Positions 37,808 to 46,332 of a DNA stretch of 64,000 bases are shown here, piece by piece. Source of the stretch: an uncultured virus (IMG/VR IMGVR_UViG_3300027861_004722) (taxonomy: Duplodnaviria > Heunggongvirae > Uroviricota > Caudoviricetes); the IMG/VR virus record IMGVR_UViG_3300027861_004722; one strand, given 5' to 3'. The notes beneath the pieces are model-generated. The model worked only from the letters and a program-made list of their open reading frames with translations, ran no database searches and was not told the origin of the DNA. Numbering within the stretch: position 1 is the stretch's first letter; every line of letters starts with the position of its first letter. The translations under genes were made by a program, and so were the position numbers.

Positions 37808-39664
37808 ATGAATTTATTTGATAGTGCTAAGAAACCAACAATTGATTTACAAGAAATCAAAGAAAAGCTAAGTCGAGCGTCAATATATGCTTGTGACTTG
37901 GAGACTACTGGGTTCAGTAAAACTGAGGACCGCATAACCATTGTTGCTCTAGCTTGTGAAAATGAGCAAGGGGAAATAGAAGGATGGGCTGTTGAGGTAG
38001 CTGATTACCCTCTTGAGGTAATCAACAGAGAATTATACGACATTTTCCATGATAAGGAAAAGACCGTTATCTTCCATAACGCCAATTTCGATATTAAATT
38101 CCTTAACCATAATGGTATTTATATAGACAACAAGTTAGCCGATACCATGATTATGGCATGGCTTTACGATGAAGATCGCATTCGCTGCGGGGGCCATGGT
38201 TTGAAAGCCTGCGTGCTAAAACATCTCGGCTATAAGATGTCATCTTACGATGAAGCTAGAAGTTTATTTGGGGATTTCGAGGACTACGCTGCAGATGACG
38301 CTGTACAAACCCTCAAGCTCTTCCGCTTTTTCGAGAAAGAACTGGAGAAACAAAATTTGATAGATTGGTTTTGGAAAACAGAAATGCCAATTACTAAGAT
38401 TTTGATTGAAGTTGAGACTAACGGGGTCTGTTTAGACAAAAAACAACTCAAGAAGATTAAAAAACAAGGCTGGGAAACTCTCGAAGAGATAGAAAAGGAT
38501 ATTTACAAAAGCGTTGGGTATAAATTCAAGATCGGATCTCCCAAACAGTGGGCCAGGGTTCTTTTTGACGAGCTTAAGATAGGCTCTAGGCCAGATGGGA
38601 CGAATGAGTTCACGCATAGAGGGAAGAGTGGGGAGTGGTCCACAGCCAACGCCGTATTAGAGGCTATTAGACGAGCCGCACCCAGCTGTAGACAGCCTAG
38701 TCATGAAAAGTGCGGACACATCGTTGCCGAAAAACTTCTAAGATTCCGAGAAATAAATACTAGACAGAATGTTTTTATCAAGCCTTTGCTAGAGCGTTGC
38801 AGAGAAAGTACGATTATCCATCCACGATTTATACAGATTGGGACAGTAACCGGACGATTTGCAAGTAAAGAGCCTAACTACCAAAACTTACCAAGAAAAG
38901 GAGGAGTAAGAAAAGCTTTTATCGCAAGGCCAGGTAATAAGATTGTAAAAGCGGATTACAGCCAAGCAGAGCTTAGATTAATGTCTCACATGTCTGGTGA
39001 TCCCATTATGATGGATATTTATCGTAATGATGGAGATATTCACCAAGCAACTGCAGACGCCTGCGGTGTTACTAGACAAGCAGCAAAAGCTATTAATTTT
39101 GGCCTTATTTATAGAATGTCTGCTGCCCGCCTACAGGGCCAGCTTGCTCTAGAAGGAATTGAAATTCCTATTGATGAAGCCTACAAGTATGTTAAAAGAT
39201 ACTTCAAAAACTATAAAAAAGTTAGAGCTTACCATAAACGCGTCCAACAAGTTGTTATGCGCCGCTTAGACAATGGTAACTTAGGGTATATTAGAACCTT
39301 AGGCGGCAGACTAAGAAGATTAGACAGAGACTACCTTATAGCGAAAGAAACTTCCTACACCGCTATAACTCAAGCTATCAATACCACCATTCAAGGGGGT
39401 GTTGCTGATCTAATTAAGGTGGCTATGGTTGATTGCCAAAACGCTTTTAGAATGAATAAGTGGTTAGATCCAGAAAAAGGGATTTGGCTTGCATGTATTC
39501 AAGGACAAGTTCATGATGAGATTTTCGTTGAGTGCCGGGAAGATCTTGCAGAACAGGTGGCCGAGATACTTTCCTACTCTATGGTCAATGCAGGAAGAAA
39601 ATATAACATTAGAGTTCCGATGAGTGCTGATACTGAAATTGTAGATTCACTCGCAAAAGGCTAG
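37808..39664 (+). CDS. polA: DNA polymerase family A (3'-5' exonuclease + polymerase; no 5' nuclease domain)
   Basis: DLETTG, FHNANFD, YAADD; TVTGRFAS..PNYQNLP, ADYSQAELR, AKAINFGLIY, QVHDEI. Confidence 0.95.
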   Translation: MNLFDSAKKPTIDLQEIKEKLSRASIYACDLETTGFSKTEDRITIVALACENEQGEIEGWAVEVADYPLEVINRELYDIFHDKEKTVIFHNANFDIKFLNHNGIYIDNKLADTMIMAWLYDEDRIRCGGHGLKACVLKHLGYKMSSYDEARSLFGDFEDYAADDAVQTLKLFRFFEKELEKQNLIDWFWKTEMPITKILIEVETNGVCLDKKQLKKIKKQGWETLEEIEKDIYKSVGYKFKIGSPKQWARVLFDELKIGSRPDGTNEFTHRGKSGEWSTANAVLEAIRRAAPSCRQPSHEKCGHIVAEKLLRFREINTRQNVFIKPLLERCRESTIIHPRFIQIGTVTGRFASKEPNYQNLPRKGGVRKAFIARPGNKIVKADYSQAELRLMSHMSGDPIMMDIYRNDGDIHQATADACGVTRQAAKAINFGLIYRMSAARLQGQLALEGIEIPIDEAYKYVKRYFKNYKKVRAYHKRVQQVVMRRLDNGNLGYIRTLGGRLRRLDRDYLIAKETSYTAITQAINTTIQGGVADLIKVAMVDCQNAFRMNKWLDPEKGIWLACIQGQVHDEIFVECREDLAEQVAEILSYSMVNAGRKYNIRVPMSADTEIVDSLAKG

Positions 39665-39705
39665 AGTATTTGCTAGCATATAGGCATGAGCCCGACGAGG
39701 AGGAG

Positions 39706-39742
39706 GAGGAGACTAGAGAGATCTAGTCTCCTTCTTTTTTAT
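39706..39742 (+). terminator. Intrinsic terminator between convergent polA and 39742..40344
   Basis: GAGACTAGA-gaga-TCTAGTCTC followed by CTTCTTTTTTT. Confidence 0.7.
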
Positions 39743-40344
39743 TAAGCCGGTGGTCCGAAAAGCATGTCAAGAAAAGGACCCAGCAAGCCATTTCTGGTTG
39801 CTATAAAAGACTCCTGCGGAAGACTCTTCGCTGCGGGAGCTTTAGCACGCCTCTTGCCTTTATACTTAGTCGCAAGCTTTGCTGCTAGTTCAGCACCCTT
39901 AGCACCCCTCTGTTCTAGAAGTTCCTCTGCTGTTGGGGCAGGGGCCCCTGGTGCATAACCATCTCCGCCTCCGCCTCCACCACCATCGCTGGGGTAGCTC
40001 TCTCCGGAGTTTTCTTCCGGAGCGGGTTCTGAGAGTTGCTGTAGTTGTTCTAATAATTGCTGCTCTTCTGCGGCTGCTGACAGCTTAGGGGCAGCCGGAT
40101 ATAGGCTAACAGCAGGCCGTTTAGGTGTCATCCTAGCCGCAGCCTTTACTGCTTGCCTAGCTATTGGAGCCTTTCTCTGCGGAGGTGCCATGACCTTTGG
40201 CATTTGCGGTTGCTTGAGTTTAGCAGGCTTATTAGGCTGTGGAATCATCCGCTGGGCTCTTCGTTCACGACGACGCCTGCGACTTCTCATGCCGCCCATA
40301 CCAAACCAATAATCGGTGCCGCCTAAATAACCAGGTCTTCTCAT
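39742..40344 (-). CDS. Hypothetical low-complexity protein (Arg/Pro/Ala-rich)
   Basis: 200 aa; TG-g-TATTAT 6 nt upstream of the ATG. Confidence 0.6.
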   Translation of the reverse strand: MRRPGYLGGTDYWFGMGGMRSRRRRRERRAQRMIPQPNKPAKLKQPQMPKVMAPPQRKAPIARQAVKAAARMTPKRPAVSLYPAAPKLSAAAEEQQLLEQLQQLSEPAPEENSGESYPSDGGGGGGGDGYAPGAPAPTAEELLEQRGAKGAELAAKLATKYKGKRRAKAPAAKSLPQESFIATRNGLLGPFLDMLFGPPA

Positions 40345-40517
40345 ATAGAGATAATACCAAAAATCCCAGTTAACCTAACTACAAGAATTGTTAAACTAGT
40401 AGTTGCAAAGTTAAGGAAATGGTTTAAGATATAAGCATGAATGTGAGAAGAAGAAAATATTGATTTTTTATGACTTCGTAATTGTATGTCCAATAGGACA
40501 GTACGTACGGAGGCACT

Positions 40518-40745
40518 ATGCAAAATCAACAATCTCACAACTGCAAACATTGCGGGGATCCAGCAAGGATCATTAACAAAATCCAGAAACACTACTGGCC
40601 ATTCGAAATAATTCGAATAGATGCATTCTGTTATGAATGTTATATGGAAGTAAAGAAAGGCCAAATGCCTAAAGTGACAGATTCTAACTTCTCCAGTAAA
40701 CGAGGAAGAGGACTAAAAAATCGAAGAAGGTTAATGGAAGAGTAG
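40518..40745 (+). CDS. Small zinc-binding hypothetical protein
   Basis: GGAGG RBS; CKHC...CYEC. Confidence 0.55.
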   Translation: MQNQQSHNCKHCGDPARIINKIQKHYWPFEIIRIDAFCYECYMEVKKGQMPKVTDSNFSSKRGRGLKNRRRLMEE

Positions 40746-40789
40746 TTCTACCCTAGATGAAGATCATATAGATATGTTAAGGTAGCTAT

Positions 40790-40987
40790 ATGATCTTCAT
40801 CATAGGGAACTGTTTTCCTGAACCCTTCACTGGAGGACCCAAGAAGTGTGAATGTAAATGCCATAAATCTTGGTCTATACATAGCTGTCAGTGTTGTAAA
40901 AAATGCCCTTTCTGCAAGAAGGGGCTTACAAAGGGCTACTATGCACATACAATAGTATGTGCAGCAGCCTTCATGTTTAAGGAGTAG
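40790..40987 (+). CDS. Small Cys-rich hypothetical protein
   Basis: CECKCH...H.CQCC..CPFC; AAGG upstream. Confidence 0.45.
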   Translation: MIFIIGNCFPEPFTGGPKKCECKCHKSWSIHSCQCCKKCPFCKKGLTKGYYAHTIVCAAAFMFKE

Positions 40988-40988
40988 T

Positions 40989-41177
40989 ATGCTAGCAATT
41001 ATAGTAGGGCTTTTACTGGGTATTTTTATATGCCAATTTATCCCTCCCAAAGAACTAGCCGTTAAGTTTATTTCCGCTACCCTTAAGGTGTGCAATTTTC
41101 TTACAACAAAAGGCAAAGAACAACTAGAACGTATTGAGAAAGAAAATGAAGAAACAAGAAATACTAAACAAGATTAA
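40989..41177 (+). CDS. Small membrane protein
   Basis: AAGGAG RBS; hydrophobic N-terminus MLAIIVGLLLGIFIC. Confidence 0.5.
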   Translation: MLAIIVGLLLGIFICQFIPPKELAVKFISATLKVCNFLTTKGKEQLERIEKENEETRNTKQD

Positions 41178-42136
41178 TGAAATAGAAATTCAGATGCAAA
41201 ATCCTGAATTCTACAGCCGTGCAGGTTTCCAGGAGCATCTTTAGCTCCTACAAAACACTGAAACACCAGCTTCAAATATGTGATATAGAGGAGGAGATTG
41301 AAGACCTCCAAACACTGCTAGACGACCCCGAGTTAGGGGAAGAGGTGGGAGCCGAGCTAATAGCCCTCAAACAACGCCTCGCAGACCTCCAAAAATCGAA
41401 GCCAGACCCTGACGACAGCAAGAACGCGGTTTTTGAAATACAGTCAGGCGTCGGCGGTGATGAATCTGCATTATTTGTGGCAGATCTTTACAAAATATAT
41501 GAAGCATACTGCAGTAACAATAAAAATGAGATCGAAGTAATTGATTTCACACCAGGCAATGCAGGAGGGTTCAAGTCCATATCTTTCACCATTACAGGAG
41601 AGACCCCTTATGGAAAGTTTAAGTACGAATCTGGGTGTCATCGTGTACAAAGAGTTCCTTCCACTGAAACAAAGGGCAGAGTCCATACCAGCATAGCTAC
41701 CTTAATTGTTCTTCCGGAAATTATGGTAGAAGATGTGGAGCTAAATAAAACCGAGGTAAAGGTAGAGCCCTATAATAGTGGAGGAAAAGGTGGCCAGCAT
41801 TGCAATAAATCTATGAATGCTGTTAAGCTAACCCACCTACCAACGGGAATCTCCGCTTGCTCTCAAATGAAATCCTTCATACAGAATCTTAAGATAGCTT
41901 GGAAGGTATTAGCAACAAGAATAAGTGATGCTGCCTTACAACAACAAACAGATGCAGAATCAGAAAAGAAGAAAAATCTAAGAGGACGAGGTTCTAGGTC
42001 AGAAAAGATAAGAACTTATAATTTTCCACAAGCTAGAGTTACTGACCATAGGATAAAGCAAAAGTATTCTCTGCCAACTATCTTAGCAGGCTCAATAGAA
42101 GATTTGCTGGAAGACTTAACGCAGCTTAGGGATTAA
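41146..42136 (+). CDS. prfA: Peptide chain release factor 1, predicted to be expressed via +1 frameshift at 41239-41245 (~329 aa)
   Basis: RF1 PxT motif (HRVQRVPSTETKGRVHTS), GGQ, IRTYNFPQ.RVTDHRI. The N-terminal 32 codons (MKKQEILNKINEIEIQMQNPEFYSRAGFQEHL) are in frame 0 and end at CTT-TAG; the rest is in the +1 frame. Confidence 0.9.
41231..41245 (+). promoter_or_regulatory. Putative programmed +1 ribosomal frameshift cassette (internal SD + CUU-UAG-C)
   Basis: AGGAG-CAT-CTT-TAG-C has the same layout as the prfB site AGGGGG-TAT-CTT-TGA-C. Confidence 0.8.
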
Positions 42137-42225
42137 ATAAAAGCACTAGCCGACCCATCACTGCCCGGCAAGGGTGAGGAATCAAAAAGAGGTGGCGACA
42201 TATGGATTAGATGGTATAATAAATC

Positions 42226-42552
42226 ATGGCTAATATAAATCCACGAGGGATAGATCTTACTACAGGTCAGATGCGTAGATTGACGTCGTCTGATACTTTA
42301 ACAGACGATGACGGAGGCCCCCTACCCTCTTACATGGAGGCCAGGGTTACTCGACGTACTGCTACCACAGGACACGTTGCGTGGACTTTATTTTTCTCTA
42401 ATTCAGCAGGCGTAGTTCAATATACGCTTAGCGGCGTCGGCGCAATAGCTCCGACGTGGGCTAACTCTCTTATCATCAAGACGACTGGCGAGGAGCCGGA
42501 TGGTGCTCTTGGTACTATGACGGCTCATCAATTACTCATAAGAAAAGCTTAA
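42226..42552 (+). CDS. Hypothetical protein
   Basis: 108 aa; TG-g-TATAAT 5 nt before the ATG. Confidence 0.55.
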   Translation: MANINPRGIDLTTGQMRRLTSSDTLTDDDGGPLPSYMEARVTRRTATTGHVAWTLFFSNSAGVVQYTLSGVGAIAPTWANSLIIKTTGEEPDGALGTMTAHQLLIRKA

Positions 42553-42563
42553 ATGGTAAAAAA

Positions 42564-42597
42564 GAAAAAGCCGGATCCCGAAGGACCCAGCTTTTTC
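42564..42597 (-). terminator. Intrinsic (likely bidirectional) terminator downstream of spoVR
   Basis: Minus strand AAGCTGGGTCC-TTCG-GGATCCGGCTT then a T-rich tract (cUUCGg tetraloop). Confidence 0.8.
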
Positions 42598-42623
42598 AAT
42601 TTACAAGGGAGATACTTAGCCTA

Positions 42624-44183
42624 TTATAGAACAGACCTTGTGTGTTGTTTTCCGTCATAAGACCAAAGAACATGAGTTTCACTGCCGGTGTTTTCATCAA
42701 CCTCTAGGGTTTGAATATGGACCGGACGAGTCCAGATTTTGTAGATATTCTCTAGAGTGTGTTTGCCCTTCTTGGGGTCTAGCTCCTGGCCATCATTAAC
42801 ATGAGATAGTTTAATCTCACCCTTGTTCTGGTAATTACCATCGTCAAGCTGAATAACCGGTTGACCACCATTAGCCATCATTCGGAGGAACTTGGTCTTT
42901 ACCTTGGTGAATTCACGCTCAACCTCAATATGAGACGGGTCGTATTCATTAGGCTTCCAGGAAAATAGCTTCTGCTCTTTACAGAATTCTGGAGTAAGGT
43001 ATCGATCAAGGAAAGTCAAGTCGTTATCAGTTCGCCGCACCTGGAAGATCTTTTCTTTTCCAAGCATAGCCCCAGTATCCCAGTTAGCTTTCTGCTCCAT
43101 ACTATCACAGCGCTCATACTCCAGACCAAAACGGCCCTTGTTCCATCTCTCCTCGATATCACGAAACAAGGCTAGGCCAAGGCGATATGGGTTTATGCTC
43201 TTACCTTGAGCAATAGCACGAGACTGCGAATCACAGTAATCAATAACCTCACTATGATCACAAAGGCCTGGACCTTCCATACCCGTCATAAAGCTACTAT
43301 GGATATGCGTAGCCCAACCCTCATTCATAATTTTAGTCATTATCTGAGGTGAGAAGTAGGTAGCCTCTTCTCGCGTCATGCCCAAAATATTACGCTGCCA
43401 CCGTTCCAGGCTGGGTGCATGCTCAACAAGGAAGCCTAGAATATCACGCGTAGGATCCTCCGGGAACTTTCTACGTTTCGCCTGCTCCTCTTTCATTCTT
43501 TTCTTCTGTAGCTTCATAAATTCTTCGGGATTAATATACCGATCCATATATTCGTTGGCCCTAAGCTTTGGCACAGCAACCGCTTCTTCGAAGTCCTTTT
43601 CTTCTGTCTTGCCATGCTGTCGCTTGATATGACTGGTATACGGATCAACCAGGTTATTGAGCGACATAGCTATGTCCGTAAAGTCCTCAACCTTGCTTTC
43701 ACCAAGACGGTTAATGTAGCGATGCACACGGCTAGCATTATTAGCCATCTGATCCAACATATTTCTATCTGTGTGCTGGAACCAGTTGTTGTTAAAGAAG
43801 AAGTCCGCGTGCCCACAAACGTGGATCATAACAAGCTTTTGGTCCATCGTAGTATTTGTATTCAGCAAGTAAGCAATTACCGGATTAGTATTAATTACTA
43901 GCTCATAGATTTTACTCTGGCCCCATACATGCCGTGTATGAATAGACTCGAAATCCATCCCGTAGCTCCAGTGAGGCATCCGTCGAGGAAAACCATCATA
44001 AGCAGCAATAGCATTAAGCTCTTTTGGGGATACAGGAATAAAACGAATAGGAAAAGAGGTCAGGCCATATTCCCGGGCCATCTCAAAAATCTCATACGCC
44101 TTTTTACGCAGTTTCGGGTCTAGTTCGTGAGTAGGAAACCCATTAGAGGTATCCTGAAAAAGTGAAATTCCATTGTCTGCCAT
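42624..44183 (-). CDS. spoVR: SpoVR/YcgB family protein
   Basis: P.R.PHWSYG, SKIYELVINTNP..AYL, HVCGHADFF.NN, YF.PQ..TKIMNEGWA, INPYRLG. Confidence 0.93.
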   Translation of the reverse strand: MADNGISLFQDTSNGFPTHELDPKLRKKAYEIFEMAREYGLTSFPIRFIPVSPKELNAIAAYDGFPRRMPHWSYGMDFESIHTRHVWGQSKIYELVINTNPVIAYLLNTNTTMDQKLVMIHVCGHADFFFNNNWFQHTDRNMLDQMANNASRVHRYINRLGESKVEDFTDIAMSLNNLVDPYTSHIKRQHGKTEEKDFEEAVAVPKLRANEYMDRYINPEEFMKLQKKRMKEEQAKRRKFPEDPTRDILGFLVEHAPSLERWQRNILGMTREEATYFSPQIMTKIMNEGWATHIHSSFMTGMEGPGLCDHSEVIDYCDSQSRAIAQGKSINPYRLGLALFRDIEERWNKGRFGLEYERCDSMEQKANWDTGAMLGKEKIFQVRRTDNDLTFLDRYLTPEFCKEQKLFSWKPNEYDPSHIEVEREFTKVKTKFLRMMANGGQPVIQLDDGNYQNKGEIKLSHVNDGQELDPKKGKHTLENIYKIWTRPVHIQTLEVDENTGSETHVLWSYDGKQHTRSVL

Positions 44184-44221
44184 TTTAATCTCCCTTGATA
44201 TGCAAACGATAAGTGTAATCC

Positions 44222-44256
44222 AGGGGCCATAACGCCTTGTATTCGTTATGGCCCCT
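44222..44256. other. Perfect 13-bp inverted repeat between prkA and spoVR
   Basis: AGGGGCCATAACG-9 nt-CGTTATGGCCCCT. Confidence 0.75.
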
Positions 44257-44270
44257 ACCGGACAACACCC

Positions 44271-46328
44271 TTAGTTTCGGTTAGTAACGTCACCACGAGC
44301 GAAAACACTTGCAACGTAAGCAATAACGTCACGAGCAGATTCTTCATTGTAGCCATAGTCATCGATTAGACGCGCCTTGACAGTATCAATTTGCTTCTGC
44401 GTATCGACGTCAATGGCATCCGTCATTAGAGTGCTAAGGTTAATCGTGTTTCGACTATCCTCAAAGAGCTTAAGCTCAAGAGCCTTCTGCAGACGCTCAT
44501 TAGTGTGGTAGTGGAAATTTTTCTTCTCCACAGCCAGGGCACCAATAAAGTTCATAAGTTCCTTACGGAAGTCGTCCTTACGAGAGTTGGGAATATCAAT
44601 CTTTTCCTCAATACTTCGCATCAACTTCTCATCTGGCTCCTCTTCCTGGCCAGTATACTTGTTCTTAATGCGTTCCTTCTGACAGAAGGCCTTAACATTA
44701 TCAACATAGTTGGCACAGAGACGAGCAATAGCGTCACCATCAGCACAGATAGCACGCTGAACTTCATTCTTGACGATATCTGTATACTCTTCCTTGACCT
44801 CTGCCAAAAGAGCTTCATACTTCTGGCGATCATCCCTAGAAACAATCAGAGGACTGTTCGTAATGCCATCTTCAATAGCATTCATGAGAATGAACGGATT
44901 AACATGAGTATACTTATCCGTCGTCAAGCAGGCTGAAAGCTTCTCTTGGATAAAGCGAGGGCTGACACCCTCCATACCCTCGTTGTGCTCTTTACCTTCC
45001 TTACGAAGCTCTTGAACATTATCAACAGTATAACCAGGAAGGCTTTTACCATTGTAAAGCTTGAGCTTTTGCATCAAAGTGATAGCAGCATCGTTAGGAT
45101 CCTTCAAACGTGTTAAGATAGCCCACATAGAAGCGACCGTAAACGTGTGAGGTGCGATATGCTTAGGAGGATCGCTGAAATCTCGTGAATAAATACGAGT
45201 CTCTTGGTCAAGCTCAATATTGTATCCAATATCAATCTTGATAGTACGATCTCGGAAAGCTTCCATCTTCTCGTCATTTTGAAGCTTTTTGTATTCCGGG
45301 TTGTTAGTGTGGCCCAGAATAACTTCATCAATAGCGGTCTGTGCAAATTTACGAGGCTTAATCATCTTTTCAGCTGTTGCGCCAAGCAAGTCATAGAGGA
45401 AAGCAGTCTCCAGCTTAAGAACCTCAACGAATTCGATAAGGCCACGGTTGGCGACGTTGAATTCTCCATCAAAGTTGAAGGCACGAGGATCACTATCAGA
45501 CCCATACTGTGCGATCTTGCGATAGTTAATATCACCAGTTAGCTCCGTGGCATCCTGACTCTTCTCATCCTTCGGCTGGTAAGTGCCAATACCGACTCGG
45601 TCTTTCTCTGACACAACTAGACGAACAACCCGAACACCCTCAGTGATAGCTGCTTGCCAATCACCCTTGTTCTTTTCCAGCAGCATCTGGAAGTATTTCC
45701 GACTAGCTGGATCAAGAGAGTGGAAGGGCGTCTTAACAGGATACTTAAGAGTAATACCCTTGAAGAGGTCAGTGACTAAGTCCCTGCGGATTTCCTCGGG
45801 AATCAACTTCAGAGGCTCTTCGTGCATGGGAGATACAACCCATTCATCAGTATCTACATCTTTCACCTTAAAGGTGAACATTGCACCTTCGTCTACCCTT
45901 GAGTAGCGCTCTAGCCCACGCTTGAGAAGGCGGGCAATGGTTGACTTAGCCGAACCTACAGGCCCGTGAAGAAGAAGGATACGCTTTTCAATGCCGTAAC
46001 CATCTGCTCCACCTTTAATGGTCTCAACCAGCTTATTCAGCTCCTTGTCGATACCAAAGACGGCGTCTTTACCCCCACCTTCTTCATCGTCGAAGAATTT
46101 CCAACGACGAAAGCTCTCTCGATGCTTTTCATAATCTTCAAAGCCGTGGCTAAGAATCATATCATAAAGACGCTGATAGGCGTTTCTGGTGATAAGAGGG
46201 TTAGCCCTTACCTTATCGAGATACTCAACAAAGGATCCCTCCCAGTGCAACTCCTTATAGTCGTCGGTTATGGAGTACTTGCCTAACAAGCTAGCTCCTG
46301 AAAAATTACTTACGCTATTTTTACTCAC
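44271..46328 (-). CDS. prkA: PrkA/YeaG family AAA+ protein (annotated serine kinase)
   Basis: LLLHGPVGSAKST, P.HEEPL.LIP, QDATELTG, DGEFNVANRGLIEFVE, HTN..EY, EAF.DR. Confidence 0.93.
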   Translation of the reverse strand: MSKNSVSNFSGASLLGKYSITDDYKELHWEGSFVEYLDKVRANPLITRNAYQRLYDMILSHGFEDYEKHRESFRRWKFFDDEEGGGKDAVFGIDKELNKLVETIKGGADGYGIEKRILLLHGPVGSAKSTIARLLKRGLERYSRVDEGAMFTFKVKDVDTDEWVVSPMHEEPLKLIPEEIRRDLVTDLFKGITLKYPVKTPFHSLDPASRKYFQMLLEKNKGDWQAAITEGVRVVRLVVSEKDRVGIGTYQPKDEKSQDATELTGDINYRKIAQYGSDSDPRAFNFDGEFNVANRGLIEFVEVLKLETAFLYDLLGATAEKMIKPRKFAQTAIDEVILGHTNNPEYKKLQNDEKMEAFRDRTIKIDIGYNIELDQETRIYSRDFSDPPKHIAPHTFTVASMWAILTRLKDPNDAAITLMQKLKLYNGKSLPGYTVDNVQELRKEGKEHNEGMEGVSPRFIQEKLSACLTTDKYTHVNPFILMNAIEDGITNSPLIVSRDDRQKYEALLAEVKEEYTDIVKNEVQRAICADGDAIARLCANYVDNVKAFCQKERIKNKYTGQEEEPDEKLMRSIEEKIDIPNSRKDDFRKELMNFIGALAVEKKNFHYHTNERLQKALELKLFEDSRNTINLSTLMTDAIDVDTQKQIDTVKARLIDDYGYNEESARDVIAYVASVFARGDVTNRN

Positions 46329-46332
46329 AAAA

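Noticed and set aside
41219..41221. GTG start for RF1 given by the ORF track
   Set aside because: No SD upstream and it would remove the N-terminal helices; the upstream ATG frame plus the frameshift cassette explains the locus better.
41242..41244. Genome-wide TAG reassignment (alternative genetic code) or simple readthrough
   Set aside because: Long genes have no internal TAG, many conserved genes end properly at TAG, the RF1 continuation is in a different frame, and the only tRNA seen is Gly(TCC).
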